A DNA stretch of 64,000 nucleotides from Hemiscyllium ocellatum. Taxonomy: Eukaryota. The stretch covers positions 64,885,003-64,949,002 of the forward strand of contig NC_083403.1 in NCBI RefSeq assembly GCF_020745735.1, read 5' to 3'. Shown piece after piece: positions 51,380 to 64,000 of this stretch (its first letter is position 1; each line of letters opens with the position of its first letter). The notes under the pieces are model-generated. The model had not been told where the DNA came from. It made no database searches and saw nothing but the letters and a program-made list of their open reading frames with translations. A program made the position numbers and the translations under genes.

Positions 51380-52046
51380 GCAAATGGCCATCAAGGTAAA
51401 ACTCTCCAAGCATTACAATGAGTAGTGATGAGATCATGGACAGAAAACATTAAGGACACACCCATTATTATGAGGCTATATTGGACATACAGAAATGAAT
51501 TGATAGCCCAAGATGACATATTGTTCAAAGGAAACAGATTAGTTATCCAATAAGAATTGAGAGGAGAGATACTAAAACACATCTGTGCAAGACAACAAGA
51601 AACTGAATTACATTTGAAGATAGCAAAAGATTGCCTAATTTGCCAAATCTGACCAACAAAGTCAAGGGCAACATCAGCTCGTGCAGTGTTTGTAATGGCT
51701 CACAAGCTAAGCCAGCTAGAGAGCTGCTGAAGGCACATGAACATCCCAGACAGACCCCATGAATGAAGCTGATGATCTTGTCACCATAGGCACTACTGTA
51801 ACTAGTCGGAGTGGGCCAGCTGACTTCAACGTCTACTGTTGTGATTGTTGAATGCCTGAAAACTCACTTCAGCTGGTATAGCAATCCCAACGTTGTAGGA
51901 ACGACAATAGCTCTCTGTTGAATGAAGAATTTCACCCTTACCCCTCTTCCCATAGTGAAAAAGGGATTGCAACCACAGTTGTAACAACCATGAGTGTCAA
52001 AATCAAGGTGAAATGGCAGATTGTGAAATGCCATTTTAAAGGTATG
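51380..52046 (+). mobile_element. Gypsy-like LTR retrotransposon pol/integrase remnant
   Basis: From 51478 the sequence reads YWTYRNELIAQDDILFKGNRLVI*..RGEILKHI, typical of the region preceding a Gypsy integrase Zn finger. Confidence 0.6.
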
Positions 52047-52252
52047 GTTAAAGCACAGCAGGTTAGGCAGCATCCAAGGAACAGGAAATTCGACGTTTCG
52101 GGCCAGAGCCCTTCATCAGCCCTGATGAAGGGCTCTGGCCCGAAACGTCGAATTTCCCGTTCCTTGGATGCTGCCTAACCTGCTGTGCTTTAATCAGCAA
52201 CACATCTTCAGCTCTGATCTCCAGCATCTGCAGACCTCACTTTTTACTCAAA
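52047..52252. mobile_element. Short palindromic PLE terminus with two back-to-back hammerhead cores
   Basis: 72-bp inverted arms 52048-52119 and 52122-52193. 15-bp direct repeat cattttaaaggtatg at 52032-52046 and 52253-52267. CTGATGA..GAAACGTC on both strands. Confidence 0.85.
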
Positions 52253-54289
52253 CATTTTAAAGGTATGCCAAGTTATTGGCAGAGTTGAGCATTGGAGACC
52301 CAGCTGGTGTACAATCATTTAGAGATCTCTACAAGAGCCAGTGGCAACTTGGGACTTGAGTAAAGTTGAACAGGAGGTTGTGAACTCATCACCTGCACAA
52401 TCCACAGATTAGCAGTTAGACCCACAGATCCGCAACACAACATAAATGCAAATGGCATAACAACAGACACTGCAACGACAAATGTAATGGAAATGACACT
52501 GACTGTGGCAGGAACATCAACTAGTGGTAATGTGCATATGTACCATTAACAGATGGGCATGACTTAAAAACTTTGTGTACAATGCATAAACAGTAACTGA
52601 TGAGAATAATGAACTGCTAACGTGAGCACATTTCTGTATGGGGATTGCTTGGGAACCAAAAATATACATAATGCATGCAAACTTTGCAGATTTGTTCAAA
52701 AAGGATTGGAAATGCAATCTACTAATGTGCCGACTAACTTGCCATAGTCATGTGACCACTGCCATTTTGAATAGACTTGGGGATGCCTTTTTGTCAGAGT
52801 TTCAAGAAGTCATGTTACAGATAAGCTGTTGTCTTCAGAACATGTGATAGTGTTCATATGAGTGATTTTGACTTCCATATAACCAATTCAGGAACTTATT
52901 AAGTTCAGTTCTCAAATGCAACTCATAGTTCTAAAACAAAATGAGAAAAAAAAACAAAAAAGAGGTCTCAACACTGAGAGAAATAGGCTTAAAAATGTGC
53001 TCTAGAAAGTAGTGTGTTACTTTAGGTAATCTGATATTTAAAGATGGCTGTGGATCCATTGGACAACCAGGAAAATATTGCTTTGATCAAGAGTCTTTTG
53101 ATGCATACTTGTAGTGGTGGGAGATGTTTTCTGCTGCTGATATCTCAGCTGACTTGCTGATCCCGTGCAAATAAGCCAGTGCGAAATAGGGAACGATGAT
53201 CATTTTCATGAGAGTGGGCTCATAAGCGTATGAGACACCTAAGTATTTGCTCAGGATAGCAAAATCAAAAGACATGATCCTTTTACATTTCAATTGAACT
53301 TGAGCAGTGCTATAATCACAACCCTTTTTAGATTGTAGTAAGCTGTCATTTCAGAACAAGGTATCTGTTGCTGAGTGAGGAAATGGTAGAGTTTTTGAAA
53401 AAGTTGTCATTTACTGCCAATTTGGAGAATTTTGAGACAGCATGTTGTGGGACATAATTGATTAGTCTATTTGCAGTAATTTGAAGACTTGTCACAGGTT
53501 AATTTTAAAATAGCTTGCCAAGCAGAAATGATGTTGGCCAAAACAACCTGCTTGATTTGTATCCCATTCACCAGCTTCAACATTCACCCAGATGCACAGT
53601 AGAATAATATGTACCATCGATTCAAGATCTACAGCAGAAACTCACAATGGTTTCTCTGACAGTGCCTTCTAAACTTGCTAACTCTACGCCTAGAAGGACA
53701 AGGACACCACCAGCTGCAAGTTCTCCTCCAAGTCACTCACCATCTTGAGTTGGAAATATGTCACCAGTACTTTACTGTCAACTGGATCAAAATCCAGAAA
53801 CTTCCTTCCTAACAGCACGGTGCGTAAGCCCTAAGTCCCAAGGACTGAAGCTGTTCAAGATGGCAGCTCACCACAACCTTCTCAAGGGTTGGGCATTAAC
53901 CTTTGGCCAGCACCACCCATATCTTGGAATCAAATGTATAAAAAGTAATTTTTTTAAATGCATAAGGATGAATGTCTGAGAAATTATGTATCACGTAGGA
54001 AGCCAGACTTGTAATTTCTGAAAACAACAGAACACAATTCTTACGTGAATTTCCAAAATTGGCACTCACTAATGTATTTGACTGAGAGTGTAGCGTGGAG
54101 GATGATATCGTCCTGGGAGGAGAGGATTTATAAAGGATGAACATATCATTTAAAGCTGATCACTCAGGAACCTGAAACACAGGTTCTGAAATTCTTCAGG
54201 ATGCAATTTTGGTTATGTACACCAATGCCAATCAGCTGCAGTTTGTGGGTTTAATGGGAGGGCAGTTCAGCTATGTGGACCTACTGGGC

Positions 54290-54670
54290 ATAAGTGGACC
54301 AAATTGAGATGTGTATGGTTCTGAGACGTATGAATAGGATGAATAGAAAGCAGCTGTCCCTTTTCGTCAGTGGATCAAGAACAAGGGGACACACTTTTAA
54401 AGTGAAAGACAGAAGGTTTAGGAGGGGATTTGAGGAAAGATGTTTTGCCAAGAGGGTTATGGATGTCTGGAATTTACTGCCTGAGAACGTAGTTAATGCA
54501 GGTAACCTCCACAACATTTAAACAGCACTTGGATGAGCATTTGAAGAATCCTAGCATTCAAGGGTATTGGTCTAGCATGGGAAAATGGGACTAGTGTAAA
54601 CGGTAGTGTATTTTTTAGCAGCATAAACTCAATGGGGCACAGGGTTTTTGCAATGTGATTCTGTTAGTGC
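54290..54670 (+). mobile_element. CR1 3' end
   Basis: SRTRGHTFKV..RVMDVWNLLPENVVNA. Confidence 0.7.
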
Positions 54671-57600
54671 CATATTGGGTGAAAATGCGACTGTGTCCCG
54701 CAACTGATGGGAACATTTCACAGCTGTCTGCCCCTTTTACGAGGTGGAGCATGAGGTTGGGAATGGTTATTCTGGGTTGTCTCCCACCTAAACTATGCCA
54801 GAAACCCAACAGAGTAGCAATGTGATTTAGATTTCAAAGTACAGTAGTTTGTATTATGTTCATATACTACAGCAATATCTTCGCATCAGTTAATTCACAT
54901 CCCAGTGGAAATGAGTAAAATGCACTTCAATCTTAATGTTGCAGTTCAGTTCACACTAAATTTCTACATGGCAAATCATATTACAATCTATAAACTAGTT
55001 TCTATTATTTTTGTTATATTATTGCAAGCTCAATTTAGATAATTTAATATTTGTAAATCTAAAAATAATTGAACCTTCAAATACTTTACACTAACCTATC
55101 AAGGAAATTGTTTTCTTGTTTAAATCTATCTTGGCAGCATCATTCACTTCAGTTGCTTGGCAGTATACTTAATGAAACTCCATCTTGTGTGAATTGTGCA
55201 TTTTAGTGAATGTTATTACATCAACTGTGAAGATGATCAAGTGAAGAGCAGAAATACATCTTCTGTGTTTATTTTAACAAAGTGCATTTCAGCACCTGGT
55301 CTGGATTGATTTTGTTGGTTGCTCCATGATATGGCATTTCTGTCAAATGCAAGGTTGAATCAACCTTAAATTACTCCATGATTTATTTTCCCCATGTGTC
55401 AGTTTTTTATTTGGTAGGAGAATATTTCATTAAGAATAGTGTAAAGATTTTATTCATTGTGTTTGTACTCCCAGGATAGTGAGGGATAACACAGAAGTTT
55501 GGATTATCCCATGTGTTCATGACCTTGCATTGGCCAATCTATTTTCACTCCAAATAAAAATGAAAAAAAAGACTGCAGATTTTAGAATTTTGAATTGTAG
55601 CATTATACGATTTCATTGCAAATTGCATCCTCATTTCTCAAAAACCAGAGTTGCAGATAAGCTTAAATCACAGAGAAATTGTGAGTGTAAACCTTTAAAG
55701 CAATGTACTGATTGGAAGTTTTCCTACCATCCGGGACAATGCAGGGATCATCTTCTTGACTATTTTAACTGTAACATTTTCACAAAATAACTTATGACCA
55801 TCACTACCAAACCAAAGGACTGCTACATATAGCTGGAATCTTCAGATAGTAATAACTTAGAGTTGGCCAATTGGCCCATTGTGTTTGTATTGACCCTTTG
55901 AAGGAGGAAGTCAGTGATTTCCTTGTAGCTTTGTGGATTTTTTTTCCTTTTCAGACAATAATCCAATTCCTTGATTGCCTCAATTAAACCTGCCATTCCA
56001 ACAGTGCATTCCAGATTCTAATTACTCATTGTTTTTCCTCAGTTCACCAATACATTCATTCTAAAATTCTTAAGCTGTACCCTCTGGTTCTCAATCAATG
56101 CACCAACAGGAACAGTTTCTTCCTCGCTACCTTATGCAGACCTGTCATGACTCTGAATACTTCTATCAAATTTCCTTTCCATCTTTTCTCTCAGGAAAAC
56201 ATTCCCAATTTCTTGAAGCTATCTACGTACCTCAATTTTGTTATTGTACGATTATTTTGTATAATGGTTTTCTACATTTTCCCCACTATTTGAAAAATAG
56301 TGAACTGAATAGTACTCTAGTTGAGTCGAATCAGTATTTCATATATGTTCAATATACCTTCCTTATTTTTGGATTATGTACCCTATTTACGAAGTTATAG
56401 ATGCCATATACTGCACACCATCCATCTGTAAATGCTGGACCAGCTATTGACCCTTGTATTGAATGAACGAATAAGAAAAAAAAATGCTTAATCAATTGCT
56501 CTATCTGGCCATCTTCAGTGATTTATGGACATAATCACACTGGTCCTGTGCACTTACACTCCATTTTGATTTTGTTTGCAATTTTCTTAATGTGAATCAG
56601 TACCTTACCAATGCTATTTTTGATGTTAATTTTATAAATCTTGATGGAACTTGGCAAACTTGCTGATCTTCGGCAGCTATTTTAAACAGTTTCCTGGCTC
56701 AATTAACAAATATCTCAATTTCTAAACAGATAAATTGAATTAAAGATTATAAATTTATATGGTATATTTACATGACACTGCATGACTTTTCTGTTCAGTT
56801 CAGAGAAAAGTTTAATTAGAATATCTGGCTTATTTATCAATCATTGTTTTGAGCTATTGGATGTGCTGATTGTGTTGGGGGATGTTTTCTACCCCCTACC
56901 AGCTCCTTCGAATCATTCATTTAATCTTCTTCCCCCACTGTTGTTAATTGTGATATCCCCTTACACTTCATTAGCAATATCCACATTAATCAAAGGAGAC
57001 AGCTGTGAGGAGACTGAACAAGTGCTTAAATATCTAAAGGGTCTGGATAGAGTATAATGCCAGACATAGTTCCTGTTGGCAGAAGTATAAAGAACCAATG
57101 TGATTGGCGTAGGGTAAAATCTTTTTAAGCTCCAAGTGACTTGAGTCTGACGTAGTCCCACTGTGATTCTGATGGAAGCACGTTTAGTCATGGCTTTCAA
57201 AGAGAAATTGGATGATAATATGAAGAGAAAAGTATTTGCTGGCCTTCAATTAAAGGACAAGAAGGTGGGACTGCTGCACAGCTCTTAGAGTCATCACAAA
57301 CATGTTAGGCCAAATGGTCTTCTCATGTAGCCTCTGTATGATTCTAATAATCTTAACATGACCAACAGTGGACTCATGTTTATGATAGTTCCAAAGCAGA
57401 ATTCATGCTTATAAAGATTTCCTGATTCAGCTGTTGTGACATAGATAGGATCCAAACTGCATCTGTTGTAGTTACTTTCTCTGCTCATGTGAAGTAGTTA
57501 CCGGTCCAAAAGTGCTTCATAATGTCTTCTACATATGGCTGTTCCCATGCTAAATAGATCATGGGGACAGCCTCAAAGACATCAGCAAAATTCCTGCATG

Positions 57601-58900
57601 ACTGTCATTATCTCCAGTAACTTCTTTTACAGCAATGTCACATTGTAAATTACAGCAGCATTTATTGGCTGGATGACACCTTAGTCAGGGTGCCTTGCTA
57701 TGCTTTAGTCGCAGTGATGCAGAGTTCCCAAAAGTACAGTAGTCAACTGTATATTTTTTCTAATTCAGTAAGTTAAAAACACCACGACAGCATTTAAAGT
57801 CATCAGCAGTTTCCTCCATCTCCCACTATGCCAGGACAAACCATGCTTAGATGTTTTTTTTTATTCCCCTGCTGTGTATTTTTCATTAATGAAAATTGGT
57901 GTTCTGCTTGGCTGCAGCTTATTAAAAAGTCAATTTTATTAGCTTTAAAGATAGCTTTGAGTTAATAATGAGAAGATTTGAAGTATTTTATTAGGTATCC
58001 AGCTTCAGATTGTGGATGCAGATGTGGATTTAGACACAAGAGTACTTAAGGCTGTATCCCAAATTACATTATAATTTGACTCACCTTCACAGTCATGTAG
58101 CCCAGGAAGGTTAGTTACTCTGACTCAGTGTATACATTACCATGACTGGGTTCCGGATGCTTTTGACAAATGAGGACTGAAGACCATAAAGTGCAAACTG
58201 ATGAACATTTAACAACTATTTGCAACAATTATTTGCATCATAAATTCATGAGGGCTGTGGGGAAGCTTGTTCTCGACAAAAATAGATGGAAGTAGTGGTT
58301 TTTATATTCTGCTTTAATTATCTGCACTTTGAACTAAGTATTGAAACCTTATAATGCATTGAGGCTAGTGTCAAAGAGTGTCTCAATGGATTCATATGCC
58401 ACAAGGATAATTTTCCTGTTTACGGCTTCACATCATGGCTAGCATATTACAAGGATATAGTCAGTTCCCCAATGTTTATAGGCTGCAGGTCTCAAATTCA
58501 AGTGCAAGAATGTGTTCTCCAAGCCTGCTATCAAATTTTGGGCCATGTTTCCATTGTATCTGGAGTCAAGGTGGATCCCCAAAAAATAGGGTCCATCAAG
58601 CATTTTCCATTGCTCTGCATGGTCAACTAAATTCAATGCTTTGTGGGTTGGGTTAGCCAGTTGGGCAACATCTTATACCACCTGGCATACATCACAATGG
58701 CAAATCTTGAACAGGACCAAGTTTGGTACTCAGACATGTACAGACAATAAACCTGTGAAACAATTAGGAACATGTTTATCCAAACAATAGATATTATAAA
58801 CCAAACCCATTCATTGTTACAGCATGTGTCTGCAAGCTGATGGTGACTGGGAAATTCATTGTAACAAATATGGAATAAATTATACAAGAAAGATTAAATT

Positions 58901-61900
58901 ATAGTCATAGAGATGTACAGCAAGGAAACAGACCCTTCGGTTCAACCTGTCCACGCCAACCAGACATCCCGACCCAATCTAGTCCCACCTGCCAGCACCC
59001 AGCCCATATCCCTCTAAACCCTTCCTGTTCATATACCCATCCAAATGTCTCTTAAATGTTGCAATTGTACCAGCCTCCACCACTTCCTCTGGCAGCTCAT
59101 TCCATACACGTACCACCCTCTGTATGAAAAAGTTGCCCCTTAGGTCTCTCTTATATATTTCCCCTCTCACCCTAAACCTCTGCCTTCTCGTTCAGGACTC
59201 CCTTACCTGAGGAAAAAGACTTTGTCTATTTATCCTATCCATGTCCCCTCAATAAGATCACCCCTCAGTCTCTCTGACGCTCCAGGGAAAACAACCCCAG
59301 CCTGTTTAGCCTCTCCCTATAGCTCAAATCCTCCAACTCTGGCACCATCCTTGTCTATCGTTTCTGAACCCTTTCAAGTTTCACAACATCTTTCCGATAG
59401 GAAGAAGATGGGAATTCCGATAGGAATTAGTGGGCAGCACGGTGGCACAGTGGTTAGCACTGCTGCCTCATAGCGCCTGAGACCCGGGTTCAATTCCCGA
59501 CTCAGGCGACCGACTGTGTGGAGTTTGCACGTTCTCCCCGTGTCTGCGTGGGTTTCCTCCGGGTGCTCCGGTTTCCTCCCACAGTCCAAAGATGTGCGGG
59601 TCAGGTGAATTGGCCATGCTAAATTGCCCGTAGTGTTAGGTAAGGGGTAAATGTAGGGGTATGGGTGGGTTTCGCTTCGGCAGGTCGGTGTGGACTTGTT
59701 GGGCCGAAGGGCCTGTTTCCACACTGTAAGTCTAATCTAATCTAATCTAAGACCAGAATTGCAAGCAATATTCCAACAGTGGCCTAACCAATGTCCTGTG
59801 CAGCCACAACATGACTTCCCAACTCCTGTACTCAGTACTCTGACCAATAAAGGAAAGCATACCAAACGCCGCCTTCACTATCCGATCTACCTGTGATTCC
59901 ACTTTCAAGAAGCTATGAACCTGCACTCCAAGGTCTCTTTGTTCAGCAACACTTCCTAGGACTTTACCATTAAGTGTATAAGTCCTGCTAAGATTTACTT
60001 TCCCAAAATTCAGCGCCTCACAGTTATCTGAATTAAACTCCATCTGCCACTTCTCAGCACATAAGTCCATCTGATCAATAGCCTGTTCTAATTTGGGGTA
60101 ACCACCTTCGCTGTCCACTACTAACTAAACTTACTAACTGTATCTCTTATGCTCACATCCAAATCATTTATGTAACTGACATAAAGTAGAGGACCCAGCA
60201 CTGATCCTTGTGGCACTCCACTGGTTACAGGCCTCCAGTCTGAAAAACAATCCTCCACCACCACCCTGTCTTCTACCTTTGAGCTAGTTCTGTAACCTAA
60301 TGTCTAGTTCTCCCTTTATTCCATGAGATCTAACCTTGCTGACCAGTCTCCCATGGGAAACCTAGTCGAACGCCTTACTGAAGTCCATATAAATCACAAC
60401 TACTGCTCTGCCCTCATCAATCCTCTTTGTTACTTCTTCAAAAAAACTCAATCAAGTTTGTGAGACATGATTTCCCATGCACAAGGCCATGTTGACTATC
60501 CCTAATTAGTCCTTGCTTTTCCAAATACATGCATATCCTGTCCATCAGGATTCCCTCCAACAACTTGCCCACCACCGAGGTCAGGCTCACCGGTCTATAG
60601 TTCCCTGCCTAGTCCTTACTACACTTCTTAAAGAGTGGCACCATGTTAGCCAACCTCCAGTCTTCCGGCACCTCCCGTGTGACTATCGATGATACAAATA
60701 TCTCAGCAAGAGGCCCAACAATCACTTCTGTAGCTTCCCACAGAGTTCGAGGGTACACCTGATCAGGTCCTGGGGATTTATCCACCTTTATGCGTTTCAA
60801 GACATCCAGCAATTCCTCCTCTGTAATATGGATGTTTTGCAAGGTGTCACCATCTATTTCCTGACTTTCGATATCTTCCATATCCTTTTCCACAGTAAAC
60901 ACTGATGCAAAATACTTGTTTAGTGTCACTCCCATTTTCTGCAGCTCCACACAAAGGCCGCCTTGCTGATCTTTGAGGGGCCCTATTCTCTCTCTAGTTA
61001 CCCTTTTGTCCTTAATGTATTTGTAAAAACCCTTTGGATTCTCCTTAATTCTATTTGCCAAAGCTACCTCATGTCTCCTTTTTACCCTCCTGATTTCCCT
61101 CTTAAGTATACTCCTACTGCCTTTCTACTCTTCTAAGGATTCACTCGATCTACCCTGTCTATACCTGACATATGCTTCCTTCTTTTTCTTAACCAAATCC
61201 TCAATTTCGTTAGTTATCCAGCATTCCCTATACCTACCAGCCTTTCCTTTCACCCTGACAGGAATATACTTTCTCTGGACTCTCGTTATCTCATTTCTGA
61301 AGGCTTCCCATTTTCCATCCAACCTTTACCAGTGAACATCAGCCCCCAATCAGCTTTTGAAAGTTCTTGCCTAATACCGTCAAATTTGGCCTTTTTCCAA
61401 TTTAGAACTTCAACTTTTAGATCTGGTCTATCCTTTTCCATGGCTATTTTAAATCTAATAGAATTATGGTCACTGGCCCCAAAGTGCTCCCCCACTGACA
61501 CCTCAGTCACCTGTCCTGCCTTATTTCCCAAGAGTAGGTCAAGTTTTGCACATTCTCTAGTAGGTTCATCCACATACTGAATCAGAGAATGTTCTTGTAC
61601 ACACTTAACAAATTCCTCTGAATCTAAACCTTAACACTATTGCAATCCCAGTCTATGTTTGGAAAGTTAAAATTCCCTACCATATCCACCCTATTATTCT
61701 TACAGATAATGAAGATCTCCTTACAAGTTTGTTTCTCCATTGCCTTCTGACTATTCGGGGGTCTGTAATACAATCCTAATAAGGTGATCATCCCTTTCTT
61801 ATTTCTCAGTTCCACCCAATAACTTCCCTAGATGTATTTCCGGGAATATCCTCCCTCAGCACAGCTGTAATGCTATCCCTTTTCAAAAACGCCACTCCCC

Positions 61901-62935
61901 CTCCTCTCTTGCCTCCCTTTCTATCCTTCCTATAGCATTTGTATCCTGGAACATTAAGCTGCCAGTCCTGCTCATCCCTGTGCCATGTTTCTGTAATTGC
62001 TATGATATCCCGGTCCCATGTTCCTAACCATGCCCTAAGTTCATCTGCCTTCCCTGTTAGGCCCCTTACATTGAAATAAATGCAGTTTAATTTATTAATC
62101 CTACCTTGTCCCTGTCTGCCCTGACTGTTTGACTCGCTTCTGTTCTCAACTGTACCAGTCTCAGATTAATGTCTTTCCTCACCATCTCCGTGGGTCCCAC
62201 CCCACCTTACTAGTTTAAATCCTCCCAAGCAGTTCTAGCAAATTTCCCTGCCAGTATATTATTCCCCTTCCAATTTCGGTGCAAACCGTCCTTCTTGTAC
62301 AAGTCACTTCAACCTCCAAAAAGATTCCAATGGTCCAAAAATGTGAATCCTTCTCCCATAAGCCAGCTCCTCAGCCACGCATTAATCTGCTCTACCCTCC
62401 TATTCCTGCCCTCAGTAGCTCGTAGCACTGGGAGTAATCCAGATATTACTACTCTCGAGAACCTCCTTTTAAATTCTTACCTAACTCTCTGTCATCTCCC
62501 TTCAGAATCTCAACCTTTTCCCTTCCTATGTCGTTGGTTCCAATGTGGACAATGACCTCTTGCTGGCCCCTCTCCCTGGTGAGAACATTTTGCACCCTTT
62601 CTGAGACACCCTTGATCCTGGCCCCAGACAAGCAACACACCATTCTGCTTTTTCGCTGCTGGTCACAGAAACGTCTGTCTATACCTTGGAGTAGAGAGTC
62701 CCCTAACACAATCGATCGCTTGGAACCTGACGTACTCTTCATTGCATTCGAGCCAGTCTCCATACCAGAAACGTGGCTGATTGTGCTACATTCCCCTGAG
62801 GATCCATCACCAACTACATTTTCCAAAACAGTATACTTGTTTGAAATGGGGATAGCTACAGAAGGCTCCTGCACTAGCTGCCCACCTCTCTTACCTTTCA
62901 AGGAGTGAACCCATCCAGGTGACTGCATCTGAGAC
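58901..62935 (-). mobile_element. Near-full-length CR1 LINE (ORF1 SGNH esterase + fragmented APE/RT ORF2); probably continues to ~63900
   Basis: ORF1 motifs VLGDS and HIGTNDIG (62449..62928). ORF2 pieces YYRPPNS/GNFNFPNIDW, LDLLL..SDHN, KSPGPD..VPEDWRLAN, WQMEFN, RVVRVWNELP. ctatgact-type 3' tail. Stops and frameshifts present. Confidence 0.92.
59432..59750 (+). mobile_element. HE1/V-SINE-type SINE inserted into CR1
   Basis: Full head/core/(tctaa)n tail; CR1 sequence resumes at gaccagaatt. Confidence 0.9.
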
Positions 62936-63500
62936 TTCCCCCCCCCCCCCCCCCCTTCCTATAACTGCCATCCATCACATACTGTTGTTATTGCAAATTC
63001 CTCATTGTTTCTAACTGTCTCTCCATTCGATCCAATAAGATTTGTAACCAACAGCATTTATTGCTGATATAATCCTCAGTAATCCTTAAATTCTCTTTAA
63101 ACACCCACATCTAACAAGAAGTGCAAATCACTGTACTGAAGGCTATTTTTGCTCCTTCACAGTCTACAGACCCAGAAAATAACCCTGTCTTATTCCTCTC
63201 CAAAACACTGCTCCAGGTTAAATTAATAGTTGTGGCTTATATTTTAATTTTAATCAAGAGACATAGCTCAAAAAACATATAATCAAAAAAGAACCCACTC
63301 TACTCACTCCTGCAGACTTTCTATAGATCACACTTAAAACAATTCACGTATCTGCTTCTGTGTTGTGAACTTCGCCCAAACAGTTCCTCCAAGATCAGTT
63401 GTGAATTTCACTGTTTGTTAATATTCCCAGACGAATTCTGATGTCCAGTGATACATGAATTCAAACAGCAAAGGCAGTAACTGTGCAGGTACACTGTGGT

Positions 63501-63635
63501 AAAAATAATGACTGCAGATGCTGGAAACCAGATTCTGGATTAGTGATGCTGGAAAAGCACAGAAGTTCAGGCAGCATCCAAAGTGCAGCGATATAGACAT
63601 TTTGGGCAAAAGCCCTTCATCAGGAATAAAGGCAA
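63501..63635 (-). mobile_element. PLE terminus inserted in the probable CR1 5' region
   Basis: 12-bp direct repeat gtacactgtggt at 63489-63500 and 63636-63647; hammerhead core with GAAA changed to AAAA. Confidence 0.8.
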
Positions 63636-64000
63636 GTACACTGTGGTGTCAGTTTCTTCCTTTCTCTCTCTCCTGCACTGACCTCACCATGTGCTTCCTT
63701 TGTCTGTGCTTCTCCCTTTTAAAACTGCTGTTGTTTTGACTCTTTTTCCCACAGTTCCAAAACAATGCAACAGTAATTACTGTACCTAAAATTCCAGGAA
63801 ATCAGCTCCAGCAGCTAAAATACCTCAAAAAAGCAGCTGTTATAGCCAGAAATATTTCCTGTCCTCCATCTTGGATTACCCAGAATCCTTTGTTGACTTT
63901 AAGAAAATATTGAGAGTCATGCTTGCAGTTAACTGTATCAATAACATTACAATGTATACTGTGTGTTGTAGCTAGATTGCTAATCAGTATCTTAATGATA

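Noticed and set aside
53040-53540. Possible Gypsy gag remnant
   Set aside because: Only a faint DSML.D-like similarity; too degraded to support
35900-64000. Search for FRK exon 2 (SH2, W.FG.I.R..AE)
   Set aside because: Not found by eye; the region is treated as intron 1

Overview
Eukaryotic, repeat-rich vertebrate genomic DNA, almost certainly from a shark/elasmobranch (inferred from HE1/V-SINE-type SINEs, CR1 LINEs and Penelope-like elements). Two host-gene pieces are recognisable, both on +: (1) the large terminal exon of a divergent collagen X-like gene (8073-9883: Gly-X-Y helix plus C1q/NC1 domain) and (2) the first coding exon of an FRK-like tyrosine kinase (35550-35899: acylation-type N-terminus plus SH3), followed by at least 28 kb of apparent intron. 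Most other ORFs in the track are transposon debris or antisense shadows. Transposons include CR1 LINEs (one near-full-length with an esterase ORF1), Rex1- and RTE-like fragments, a Gypsy remnant, a Tc1/pogo-type MITE, many tRNA-derived SINEs and two clades of Penelope-like elements (PLEs). The most striking hidden signal is that the PLE ends carry minimal hammerhead ribozyme motifs (CUGAUGA-stem II-GAAA-CGUC). Several are inserted as fold-back palindromes with 12-15 bp target-site duplications, including one with 401-bp arms. All calls are by eye, no database search was run, and boundaries of old repeats are approximate.
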